A DNA stretch of 64,000 bases from a virus, in IMG/VR virus record IMGVR_UViG_3300046777_002520, positions 127,967-191,966 of that record; one strand, 5' to 3'. The notes below the pieces were generated by a model. That model saw nothing but the letters and a program-made list of their open reading frames with translations. It had not been told where the DNA came from and did no database searches. This document shows positions 26,622 through 35,611 of the stretch, in pieces (positions within the stretch are counted from its first letter, which is position 1; every line of letters starts with the position of its first letter). Both the position numbers and the translations under genes were made by a program.

Positions 26622-27704
26622 ATGGCACGATCTGGCCCAGAGTTCCGTATTCCTCATTTCAATGTCCAGCAACTTGTGGTTGCCTGCTCTGAAACGGTGG
26701 ACTGGAGCTTGACAGAATTCGACATTCCTAGCCTGTGGAAAAAGACCACGGGAAAAGGCGTGAAGGTAGCTGTGCTGGACACAGGTTGTGCCGTATTGCA
26801 CCCAGACCTGAAGGATCAACTGCTCGATGCAGTTGACTTCACGAACAGCAAAGTGGGTCCCGCTGACACGAACGGTCACGGGACTCATTGCTGTGGCGTC
26901 ATCGCCGCCCAGCGAAACAAGGTCGGCATAGTAGGCGTGGCTCCCGAGGCTAAACTGCTTGTCGGCAAGGTGCTCGGTGACGGCGGTGTGGGTTCCGTAG
27001 AAACCATCGTCAAAGGCATCGAGTGGGCTGTCAGCAAAAAGGCAGACATCATCTCGATGAGCTTCGGGGCCAATGTCTCCGACAAGCGCCTGCAGAAGGC
27101 CATCGAGCTGGCTCACAGCAAAGGCGTGCTGCTGATCGCCGCAGCAGGCAACGAAGGGCCTGGTCCGCAGACTGTCGGCTACCCAGCCAGGTACCCGCAG
27201 GTGCTGTCGGTGGCCGCTATCGACCCGAACCGCAAAGTCGCCAAGTTCTCCAGCCGTGGCCCTGAGGTGGACATCGCCGCACCTGGCGTGGACATCCTCT
27301 CCTGCTACCCGCCCAAGAACTACGCCAAGCTGTCTGGCACCTCGATGGCTACCCCGTTTGTGGCTGGTGTGGTTGCCTTGCTTCTCTCCTACAACAGGGC
27401 GAAAGGCATCAGCAGCGTCAGGAACACCCCGGATCTCATCGAGGCGGTCAAAGCCACGGCCTTTGACGCAGGCAGTCAGGGTTTCGACAACGAGTACGGC
27501 TGGGGCCTTATCAACCCCAAAGGCCTGATTCTCGGCGTGCAGACCACGGCGCACAAGCGCATCAAGCTGCCAGACGCCCAGTGCCACTTCGGTGTGCGCT
27601 TCACGTCTGCGGACCTGACTAAGTCTGGCAAAGAGAAGCTGAAGCAGGTCTTTGGCGACTGCGAGCATCTCAGCTTCAACTTCGAGTTCCGTGGCGGCAA
27701 ATAA
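26622..27704 (+). CDS. subtilisin-family (S8) serine peptidase
   Basis: Full triad motifs VAVLDTG, HGTHCCG and GTSMATP, plus oxyanion AAAGNEG. No evident signal peptide. Confidence 0.93.
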   Translation: MARSGPEFRIPHFNVQQLVVACSETVDWSLTEFDIPSLWKKTTGKGVKVAVLDTGCAVLHPDLKDQLLDAVDFTNSKVGPADTNGHGTHCCGVIAAQRNKVGIVGVAPEAKLLVGKVLGDGGVGSVETIVKGIEWAVSKKADIISMSFGANVSDKRLQKAIELAHSKGVLLIAAAGNEGPGPQTVGYPARYPQVLSVAAIDPNRKVAKFSSRGPEVDIAAPGVDILSCYPPKNYAKLSGTSMATPFVAGVVALLLSYNRAKGISSVRNTPDLIEAVKATAFDAGSQGFDNEYGWGLINPKGLILGVQTTAHKRIKLPDAQCHFGVRFTSADLTKSGKEKLKQVFGDCEHLSFNFEFRGGK

Positions 27705-27718
27705 GGTGAAAGCTACAG

Positions 27719-29212
27719 ATGGTTCCATTTCCAGCGCAACTGGACGATAAGGAACAGATTCTCCGACTGCTCGGAGGGTTCTGGAGCTACACGTACGAAG
27801 GTCAGGACCTGCTGGCCGAGGCCCTGAAGGCCAGGTACAACCTCACCGAGCAGACGTTTGAACGGCTTCAGGAAGCATCGGACTGCCGAAGCCGTTTGAA
27901 CATACCGCTGTTCAGGAAAGAGACCTGGCGCTACTTCACGATCAGCAGCAAGGACATACAGAACTTCCCGAATCTGTATGGCGAGAACACGACCTACAAC
28001 GACTCAAGCGTGTACGGTCGCAGATCCTCCTCGCTGCCTTTTGTCTGTCCTTTTCCAGAAGAGATACTGGATTGCCAGCTGATAAGCAACAGGCTGAGCA
28101 ACTCGTCTGTCACGCTCGTGCGCGGGCTGGATTTCTCCATAGACAACGCCAAGAAAATAATACGACTCAGCAGCAATCCTTTTACCGACGACAGGATAGC
28201 TAAACAAAAAACAGACGACGGATATGAAGAAGTCGTACTGTGGCTGTACAAGCCACGTATCGATAAGCAGTACATCTACTATCACTTTGGTCACATCATA
28301 AACATGTGGGCAAAGAGCAGTAAAGAATACAAAGACATAGTCAATAACGTATACGACTGTCTCTGTGACGGAACGTCAATAGGCAAGACTCTTGACGCCA
28401 TATCTATTGCGACAGGTATACCGCTTGCCAAAGGCGACGAGACCGTCGAGTACATAGAAGACGACAAGCTGCACAAGCTGCTAATAACAGACAAGAACGT
28501 CTACAAGTTCAGCAGGAAAGCAAACACCATTGTGACTGTCGGCAGCACCCTGTCCCAGGACCAGCCGCTGACGGACGGTTTCACCTACGAGGAATTCAAC
28601 AGGGGCCAGGTGCCGTCCTCGGCCCAGGCACTCAGTCTGTCTCCCGAGGTTCTCAGCAAGAGACTGGTGAGCGAGATAGGCTTCGCCAACGGCTCGAAGG
28701 AGTTGGTCGTCGAGTCCGATATTAACGGTAAGACAAAAGTCAGCTTTGAGATTGGTGGTCACCCGTTTGATGTCGAGGCTTTCTGGGACGAGATCCATGC
28801 CAGGGGCCTGGACTCAGGCAAAACTCTCGCCAACTATCTGGACACGCGAGTCAACAAGGACGGCGAGCCAGAAGCTTCCAACCTGCCAGCGACCATAAAC
28901 CCCTTGGGCTTTCTTGTCGAGAACCTGTTCAGGTACGGCGGCATGTTTGTCCGCATAAACTCGGCAGACGTTATCGGCAATGCTGTGGGCGTAGACAAGC
29001 TGTCCTACGTCAGGCGTCTGCTGCCGCCACACTCACACCTGTTTCTGCTGCTGTCTCTTCCGTCTATTGAAGAAGATGTCAATTTATACGAAGATGGTTA
29101 TGTGCCAGAAACTGATACTTTTACAGCAGCAAACACGCTTGAAGATGAAATAGACCAGACAGATACACAAGAAACAATAGTGGGTAGGGTAGTTTCTGGC
29201 GGCTGCATGTGA
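27719..29212 (+). CDS. putative baseplate wedge protein
   Basis: 497 aa. Ends with a ...LSYVRRLLPPHSHLFL motif typical of wedge/P2-I-like proteins; position follows baseplate J. Confidence 0.5.
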   Translation: MVPFPAQLDDKEQILRLLGGFWSYTYEGQDLLAEALKARYNLTEQTFERLQEASDCRSRLNIPLFRKETWRYFTISSKDIQNFPNLYGENTTYNDSSVYGRRSSSLPFVCPFPEEILDCQLISNRLSNSSVTLVRGLDFSIDNAKKIIRLSSNPFTDDRIAKQKTDDGYEEVVLWLYKPRIDKQYIYYHFGHIINMWAKSSKEYKDIVNNVYDCLCDGTSIGKTLDAISIATGIPLAKGDETVEYIEDDKLHKLLITDKNVYKFSRKANTIVTVGSTLSQDQPLTDGFTYEEFNRGQVPSSAQALSLSPEVLSKRLVSEIGFANGSKELVVESDINGKTKVSFEIGGHPFDVEAFWDEIHARGLDSGKTLANYLDTRVNKDGEPEASNLPATINPLGFLVENLFRYGGMFVRINSADVIGNAVGVDKLSYVRRLLPPHSHLFLLLSLPSIEEDVNLYEDGYVPETDTFTAANTLEDEIDQTDTQETIVGRVVSGGCM

Positions 29213-29219
29213 GGAAGCT

Positions 29220-29792
29220 ATGGAAAACTTTCCAGAAGTAAGCGGAATTGTTTCTCTGTTCGATATCGATCAAAACAATCGATGGTCGAAGCTTTCCGAG
29301 TCAGCCAACCAGATCCAGTGGGGTTGGGGTGAGATTGCCTGCCATCTCTTTGGCGACGGCAACAAAGACTACAAGGTCAACGCGATGTATATCGAGTTCG
29401 AGAACACGGCGCTGATCCCGTCCACGCCCAGCTACGAGAGAAGCGAAGGCGTCGAGTATTACGAGAACCTGGTGCTTTCTGCCACCAAGGATTTTCTCAG
29501 GGTGCCTCTGATCGCAGCGCCTGCCAAGGGCCTGGCTTCAGGTTACAGCAACCTCAACTTCAACCAGCTGACCTTTCTTGCCCAGACTGCTGGCACGCAA
29601 GGCGTCCACGGCAAGACTTTCTCAGACAGCGTGAACAGCAAGGTGTATGGCCTGGCTCTGGTGGCCGCTCCCGTGTGGAACGACAGGACGCAGGACTTGA
29701 TCTTTGCCAGAAAATACTACGACACGGCTGACCAGGTCATGAAGCAGGCCTCCAGCCAGATCGGCGTCAGCTGGGTTGAGAAGTTCAAATGA
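29220..29792 (+). CDS. baseplate/tail-fibre attachment protein, hypothetical
   Basis: 190 aa in the baseplate operon; ...IFARKY...KQASSQIGVSW C-terminus resembles fibre-attachment N-terminal domains. Confidence 0.45.
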   Translation: MENFPEVSGIVSLFDIDQNNRWSKLSESANQIQWGWGEIACHLFGDGNKDYKVNAMYIEFENTALIPSTPSYERSEGVEYYENLVLSATKDFLRVPLIAAPAKGLASGYSNLNFNQLTFLAQTAGTQGVHGKTFSDSVNSKVYGLALVAAPVWNDRTQDLIFARKYYDTADQVMKQASSQIGVSWVEKFK

Positions 29793-30991
29793 GCAACATC
29801 AAGCTAGCCTTCTTCTCGACTCTCAGCCCAGAGGCCAAAGGCGCTCTGATCGGCTCGTTGGTTGTCGGCGGGGCCAGTGCCCTGGGCCGCTACACCGACG
29901 AGGCAGCTGACTACGAGCTGCCAGAGGGTGTTGACTTCTATTCGCTCACCGACAAGCAGAAAGCCAGGCTCAAGAAAAAGGGCGGCAAGTTCTTTGACGT
30001 TCTAGGAGCTGGCCTGGGCGGTGCTGCCATGGGCGGCGGTCTGGGGTATCTGGCAGGACGGGTGTTCGGCGGCGCGACAGCAATGGCGGGCTCTGGCAGA
30101 GGCGGCAATCCAGAAAGCCTGCCGACACCGCCAACATCGAAAGAAAAAGATCCAGACATAAGAGCCAACATGCCCCTGAGCAACAGGGAAGCCGCCAAGT
30201 TGGGAGTTCCTTCAGGTACCAGGGCTGGTGAAGTTGTTGCGATGGGCAGCAGCAACCTTCCAGACTTCAGGGGTCAGGAAGGGACTGTAACCAAGCCAGA
30301 AAAGATTACCACCATAAGATCGCATCTGGAACCAGTCTACGAAAACGCTCCAGGCGGTCTGGAAAAAGCCGTGGATGAAGCGCAGCGCTGGCAGAGCGAG
30401 GCAGAGCGTGCTGGCCTTGTCTCTTGGGACAGAGGCGCTATCGACAGACCGGTGCGCTGGACAGACGACCCCAACAAGTGGTCCAGAGCCGTCGGCAAGC
30501 AGTTCTCGTTCGGGCAGACCAGGGGATTCAACGTCCCGCTTGTCAACTGGAGCTACATTGACCCGAAGCTGAAAGGCAACGAAAAGGCCAAGGTGCTGCA
30601 GCATGAGCTGACGCACTCGGTCTTGCGCAAGCCTGGTATGGCAGGCATGGACCAGGCTGTTAAGTCCAAGGACAGCGTATCCCCAAATAATTACTCTCCT
30701 AGCTCCTTAAAAGGCCAGCTCTGGAAATACGTGAGCAGGCCTGAGGAGTGGAAAGCGCACTTCGCTGAGGTCAAGCGAGACTGGGTCAAGAACAACAAAG
30801 ACCAGCTCGACACTCCAGCCAAGGCACTAGACGCCATGCGCGAGTATCTGAAAGATCCAGAGAACCGCAATTCAGCAGTCACGCCGTTGATCGAAGACAT
30901 ACTCAAAGACCCTGACGCCAAGGAAAAAGCTATCCTCCAGCTTTTGTCCATCGTGCGCGGCGGCGGCAAATCCAAGTCAACCAACGCTTGA
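29789..30991 (+). CDS. hypothetical virion protein with Gly-rich hydrophobic helices and an HExxH metallopeptidase-like domain
   Basis: GALIGSLVVGGASALG and LGAGLGGAAMGGGLGYLAG helices; QHELTH (30602-30616) with downstream YVSRPEEWKA. Confidence 0.6.
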   Translation: MSNIKLAFFSTLSPEAKGALIGSLVVGGASALGRYTDEAADYELPEGVDFYSLTDKQKARLKKKGGKFFDVLGAGLGGAAMGGGLGYLAGRVFGGATAMAGSGRGGNPESLPTPPTSKEKDPDIRANMPLSNREAAKLGVPSGTRAGEVVAMGSSNLPDFRGQEGTVTKPEKITTIRSHLEPVYENAPGGLEKAVDEAQRWQSEAERAGLVSWDRGAIDRPVRWTDDPNKWSRAVGKQFSFGQTRGFNVPLVNWSYIDPKLKGNEKAKVLQHELTHSVLRKPGMAGMDQAVKSKDSVSPNNYSPSSLKGQLWKYVSRPEEWKAHFAEVKRDWVKNNKDQLDTPAKALDAMREYLKDPENRNSAVTPLIEDILKDPDAKEKAILQLLSIVRGGGKSKSTNA

Positions 30992-31002
30992 GGTAATTGA
31001 AA

Positions 31003-32820
31003 ATGGCTGGAAGCTGGAACGCCAACATTAACTTCATCCAGGATGGCGAAAGAGTTGACGCCAACGTGTCCGGTCGTCCAGACCGTGCTCTCAGCGACCG
31101 CACCAGCTACCTGAAAGACAGAATCGACGCCATCGACAACGGTCAGGCCTTGTTTGCATTCGACGTAGCCGTCGAGGCATCCACTCTGGTCGGTCAGGCT
31201 GTCTACTGGAACGCGTCGTCGCAGAAGTTCGAGAAGGCCCTGGCTTCCGTGGTCATCGACGCTGAGGGAAGCCTGGTCAATTCTCCAGAATCCGAAGTCG
31301 TTGGCGTGGTCTTCAGCAAGACCTCCAGCACCGTGGCGACGCTGCTCATCTCTGGCAAGGCCAAGCTGGACATCAGCAACGCCATCGCTGTCGCGCTGCA
31401 GCCAGGTCGGTACTTCCTGTCGGCAAACACGGCTGGTCAGCTTGAGCGCCAGTCTGAGGGTGCTTCCATCCCCGTGCTGTACTCCGACGGCAACGGCGAG
31501 GTGTATGTACAACCGCAATACAAGAACATAGCCGAGAACCACTGCCACTTTAAGTTCGACCTGTACACGTCTGTGGCTGGCGTACACAACATACCGGCCC
31601 CAGGTGGACGGCACGTCATCAGCAATCCAGACGCGTCCAAGCCTGGCTGGCTTCCTGCCAGCCACGAGTCGTTTCAGGGTCTGGCTCCCAGAGGCGCTGC
31701 CTTTGGCTACAACCTGTCGCAGCACTCCGACCTGAACAGGGTCTGGCCTCCCATGCCAGCCGAGTACGCAGCCGTCGTGCTGTTCAGCGGCGACAAGGCC
31801 CTGGGGCAAGAGCTGCCGATGGGCGAGACGGGGCTGGTGGTCATAGACAGGCACGGCCTGTGGTGGATGAGCGACTGCTACGGCGACGTGCCGTGGGACA
31901 TCAATTACACGACATCGTTTTCCAGCTCCGAGGTGTCGCAGGGCGAGACCCCTGAGTGCCCGAGAGACTTGACCAGAAAGCTTGTGCTTTACTTCGCCAA
32001 GGTTCGGTACGGCGGCAAGGCCACGGTAGTGACCAGCCTCAGGACGGACAGCGCCCTGTCGCCCCTGATCATCACCGATCTGGACGACAACCCGTCCAAC
32101 GTCGGAGACCTGAAGATCAAGTTCGACGGCGGTCTGATGATCGCCAACGACACGGCCACAGGCAGCCTGGTGTTCAAGGAGTTCTCCAACAACCAGTTCA
32201 GGCGCGGCCGCATCGTTGAAGGCATCAAGTCCACGAACAACTCGGTCACCATCACCAGCACAGCCTCGCGCCTGGACGGCGGCGTCACGCTGCATCAGGG
32301 TATCGTGTCCATCGAGGCGAACCTGGACGGTGTCGAGCGCCTGATCATTCCGCAGGTGGTGCGCCTGATCGATGTCAGGGAGCGCTACGAGAACGACATC
32401 ATGTATCTGGGCTTTCCGTCTGCCATCAGGACGGAAGTTCGCTACAAGTTCAAGCTGCCTGGCGCTGACGGCTTCCCAGCCTCTGGCCAGGTCAAGCTGC
32501 GCCTGTGGGTGACGGGAGACGCCACCACGGCGGCGCTTCCCAAGTTTGACGTGGCGTACAGGCGTCTGCCCAGAGCCACTACAGCCACAGCCATACCCAC
32601 GACCGACACCATCGTGAACTGGTCGGCTGCGTCACTAACCAGCGGCTCGTTTGGATCGATCACGGCAGATCAGTATCTGGAAGTCACCACGGAGCCTTTC
32701 TCCGTGGAGGAATCCGACGTTGTCCTGTTCTCCGTGATCAGAAACCTGAACGGCGACGACGGGTACGGTGGCGAGATCGGTATTCTTGACGCGGTAGCTG
32801 TTCTGTCTCCAGGCGCATAA
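31003..32820 (+). CDS. tail fibre/baseplate-associated protein
   Basis: N-terminus NFIQDGERVDANVSGRPDRALSDRTSYLKDRID resembles phage fibre N-termini; beta-rich; ATG 31003 after GAGGT. Confidence 0.55.
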   Translation: MAGSWNANINFIQDGERVDANVSGRPDRALSDRTSYLKDRIDAIDNGQALFAFDVAVEASTLVGQAVYWNASSQKFEKALASVVIDAEGSLVNSPESEVVGVVFSKTSSTVATLLISGKAKLDISNAIAVALQPGRYFLSANTAGQLERQSEGASIPVLYSDGNGEVYVQPQYKNIAENHCHFKFDLYTSVAGVHNIPAPGGRHVISNPDASKPGWLPASHESFQGLAPRGAAFGYNLSQHSDLNRVWPPMPAEYAAVVLFSGDKALGQELPMGETGLVVIDRHGLWWMSDCYGDVPWDINYTTSFSSSEVSQGETPECPRDLTRKLVLYFAKVRYGGKATVVTSLRTDSALSPLIITDLDDNPSNVGDLKIKFDGGLMIANDTATGSLVFKEFSNNQFRRGRIVEGIKSTNNSVTITSTASRLDGGVTLHQGIVSIEANLDGVERLIIPQVVRLIDVRERYENDIMYLGFPSAIRTEVRYKFKLPGADGFPASGQVKLRLWVTGDATTAALPKFDVAYRRLPRATTATAIPTTDTIVNWSAASLTSGSFGSITADQYLEVTTEPFSVEESDVVLFSVIRNLNGDDGYGGEIGILDAVAVLSPGA

Positions 32821-32833
32821 TCGGAGCTGAAAC

Positions 32834-33790
32834 ATGCCAGCCAACCACGTATGGGGCATTGAATGGCTAAACGCCAACTCAATGCGCAGCTATCCCCTGT
32901 CGGACAGCGCCTCCAAGACCAACGGCTCGTTCCGTATTCCTGACGGACTGATTCTGGCCCTGTACTTTCCCGTAAACGCCAGCGTCAACGTCGAGCCTGA
33001 GAACTTCTTTATCAGTTCCCTGACGGTCTTCGGAACAGGCCTGAGCCTGACTCTGGGTTATTACGACGGCACCAGCTCCATAACCGCAGCCACAGCTGTC
33101 ATGTCCTTTGACGGGCACACGGAGTACAAGAGCTACGCCTTGGCTGGCTCCGGTGACTTTGTGGACTCGGTCGGCAAGGTTGTGTTTGGAAAGCTGGAAT
33201 ACATAGAGAAGCTCGACGCAGGGCAGCACACGTTTACTTACAGCCAGTCCAAGCTCGACACGGACTGCGTTCGCCCTGTCATACGGGGCGTGTCATCTGT
33301 CGTGCTGGTCAACGGCTCAGACAGATCGGAGCGTTTGAACGGAATTCTGGAGCTGGTGGCTGGCAACAACATGCGCTTGTCTGTTGTCAGTTCCTCCAGC
33401 GCGTCAAACGATGTCACCCAGATACGGTTTGACGCCATCTCTGGCGAGGGCTTGGTAAACACCTGCGTCTGTACCGACAGCGACGAAACGGCACCGTGCA
33501 TCACGACGATAAACGGCATACCTCCAACCCTGGCAGGCGATTTCAGCCTGCTCACGGATGAATGCCTTGAGCTCACGGCCCAGACCAACGGTTTGAAGAT
33601 TACCGACATCTGCTCCAAGCCATGCTGCGGCTGCGCCGAGCTGGAGGCTGTCACCAGCGACCTTACAAGGTTCGGTGACGCGGCTCTGACGCTGCAGAAC
33701 TACCTGAACAGGCTGGAAGGCAGCGTGAACAGAATGAACATAACGATTCTGGGCAGCCGACTGGGTGACGCTGGTTGCGTTAACTGCTAA
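32834..33790 (+). CDS. Cys-rich tail-tip protein (paralogue family member 1)
   Basis: EWLNANSMRSYPL, ITTINGIPP and CSKPCCGC motifs; C-terminal coiled coil. Confidence 0.6.
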   Translation: MPANHVWGIEWLNANSMRSYPLSDSASKTNGSFRIPDGLILALYFPVNASVNVEPENFFISSLTVFGTGLSLTLGYYDGTSSITAATAVMSFDGHTEYKSYALAGSGDFVDSVGKVVFGKLEYIEKLDAGQHTFTYSQSKLDTDCVRPVIRGVSSVVLVNGSDRSERLNGILELVAGNNMRLSVVSSSSASNDVTQIRFDAISGEGLVNTCVCTDSDETAPCITTINGIPPTLAGDFSLLTDECLELTAQTNGLKITDICSKPCCGCAELEAVTSDLTRFGDAALTLQNYLNRLEGSVNRMNITILGSRLGDAGCVNC

Positions 33791-33807
33791 CGGCTGGAGT
33801 ACTAAGC

Positions 33808-35610
33808 ATGGGCGTTGTGGCTGAAGGCGGTTACGGAACAGGAGTAAACCCAAACGGCGTTTACTTTCCGTTCATTCAGGAGGTGTCAGGAGCCGAGAGG
33901 CTTTTCGCTGACCTGTACCTGGGCCACCGCGTCACAACGGCTGTCTTACCGTTAAGAGTCACCTACATCAAGAATTTCACCCAGCCTGTCACAGAAGGCC
34001 GGGCTGAGATGACCATAGTCGATGCCAACGGCTCAACCGTCTTCAACTCTACCAGCGCCGCCGAGTACAGGAACAAGGACTGGTCTGATCGGTTCAGAAT
34101 CCACGAGTGGATCTCCGATGACGCCGTGCTCAGGGTTGTGCAGCACACAGGCCAGAACGACCTGGAAGACGTGCTGGTCTACCCCAGCGAGCAAACCCTG
34201 ACCAACGCCATTCTCGACGAGAGAACAGCCGAGCTGTGGCCAGACAACGTTTTGAGCTTTGTCGTAAACGGCTATCCCGTAAAAGGCGAGGTTGAGTTCG
34301 TCGGCGGCTATAACTTCGAGACCAAGCTGAACTCAATAACCAGAAGCTCTGGCAAAGCCCACGTCAACAAAGTCTATGTCTCTGCCGAGCCAGGCAGTGG
34401 GCTGGGCAGAGAAGAGGGCTGCACAGGCACCACCGAGTATCCCATACGCGCGATCAACGGCGTAAAGCCAAGAGACGACGGGTCTTTCATACTGTCGCCA
34501 ACGGACTGCCTGTGGTTCGCCAATCCTGGGACTGTAAGCCCCCAGGATCGTATCAAGCACATAGCCTATCAGTTCACCAACGGCTTGCTGCTGAAGAACA
34601 ACTGCCTGCCTTGCTGCTCATGCGATGACTTTGTGAACACCTACCAAGGCATCAGAAAGCTCTACAACACTTACTCCGCTCTGGGAACAAGAGCCACCAA
34701 CGTAAGGAACCAGCACGCAAGCAATGTGGACAGGTGGTTGAATCAGAAAGACTGCAGAGAGACCGACCCTGTAAAGATCAATATAATGCCGTTCAGGGTA
34801 TCAGACGCTTCTGGTTTTAAGATAGGCGTTGGCGTCTGCAACATAGACCCAGGCTGTAGAGGCGAGCTTACTCTTGACCTGAATTTTGAAACTCCACCTG
34901 GTTTAAAAGGTTTTGTAAATAAAGATACGATATTTGCGTACTCTGGTTCTGGTTACAACCCAGATGAATATCAGCTTCTTGGTGGTTGGCCTAACTACCA
35001 GGTTAAGTGGCTGAATGCCAGAGGCCAAAGCATGTCAAAGCTGAAGCTAGACATTTCTTTTGTGCGCATAACAGAACTTTTCTTGTCTAAGCTGTCTTGG
35101 GAAGGTATGTTTCCAATTCATTACGTGGATGACGGCTCTATAGCTTTTAATGTTAGAATGAATACTTGGAGTAAAAATAACGCCTTCCGAACGCATAACA
35201 CTTTTTACGCGCCTTTTGACGATTACCCAGACTACAAGGTGCTACACACAGAAAGTTATAATTCTCTAGTGAACTTAGGCTATGAAACCAACGGTATACC
35301 TTTTTTCAGAGTTTTTGGTTTAGGCTTCAAGATGTATTACGAAGGGATTACAGAGTCTACGTCTTCTAGCATAAAGCCTTTTTCGTTAACTCCTGGGTTT
35401 GTAGACCTTAATTCAAACTTTATAAGCACCATCCCAAAGCTTTTTGCAGAACAAAGAGCGCTGTACATAAAACCTGGAACTATAGTCCCTGCTTCTTATG
35501 ACCCAGGAATAAAGAGCAACGACTACGTTAAACTTACAGCTACAGCCAAGCTTAACGGTGAGACAATAAATAACGGAACGAAGACAGTAACTAGAGGCTT
35601 GAAGGTGTAA
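33808..35610 (+). CDS. Cys-rich tail-tip protein (family member 2) with AT-rich 3' portion
   Basis: IRAINGVKP and CLPCCSC motifs; 600 aa. Confidence 0.6.
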   Translation: MGVVAEGGYGTGVNPNGVYFPFIQEVSGAERLFADLYLGHRVTTAVLPLRVTYIKNFTQPVTEGRAEMTIVDANGSTVFNSTSAAEYRNKDWSDRFRIHEWISDDAVLRVVQHTGQNDLEDVLVYPSEQTLTNAILDERTAELWPDNVLSFVVNGYPVKGEVEFVGGYNFETKLNSITRSSGKAHVNKVYVSAEPGSGLGREEGCTGTTEYPIRAINGVKPRDDGSFILSPTDCLWFANPGTVSPQDRIKHIAYQFTNGLLLKNNCLPCCSCDDFVNTYQGIRKLYNTYSALGTRATNVRNQHASNVDRWLNQKDCRETDPVKINIMPFRVSDASGFKIGVGVCNIDPGCRGELTLDLNFETPPGLKGFVNKDTIFAYSGSGYNPDEYQLLGGWPNYQVKWLNARGQSMSKLKLDISFVRITELFLSKLSWEGMFPIHYVDDGSIAFNVRMNTWSKNNAFRTHNTFYAPFDDYPDYKVLHTESYNSLVNLGYETNGIPFFRVFGLGFKMYYEGITESTSSSIKPFSLTPGFVDLNSNFISTIPKLFAEQRALYIKPGTIVPASYDPGIKSNDYVKLTATAKLNGETINNGTKTVTRGLKV

Positions 35611-35611
35611 C

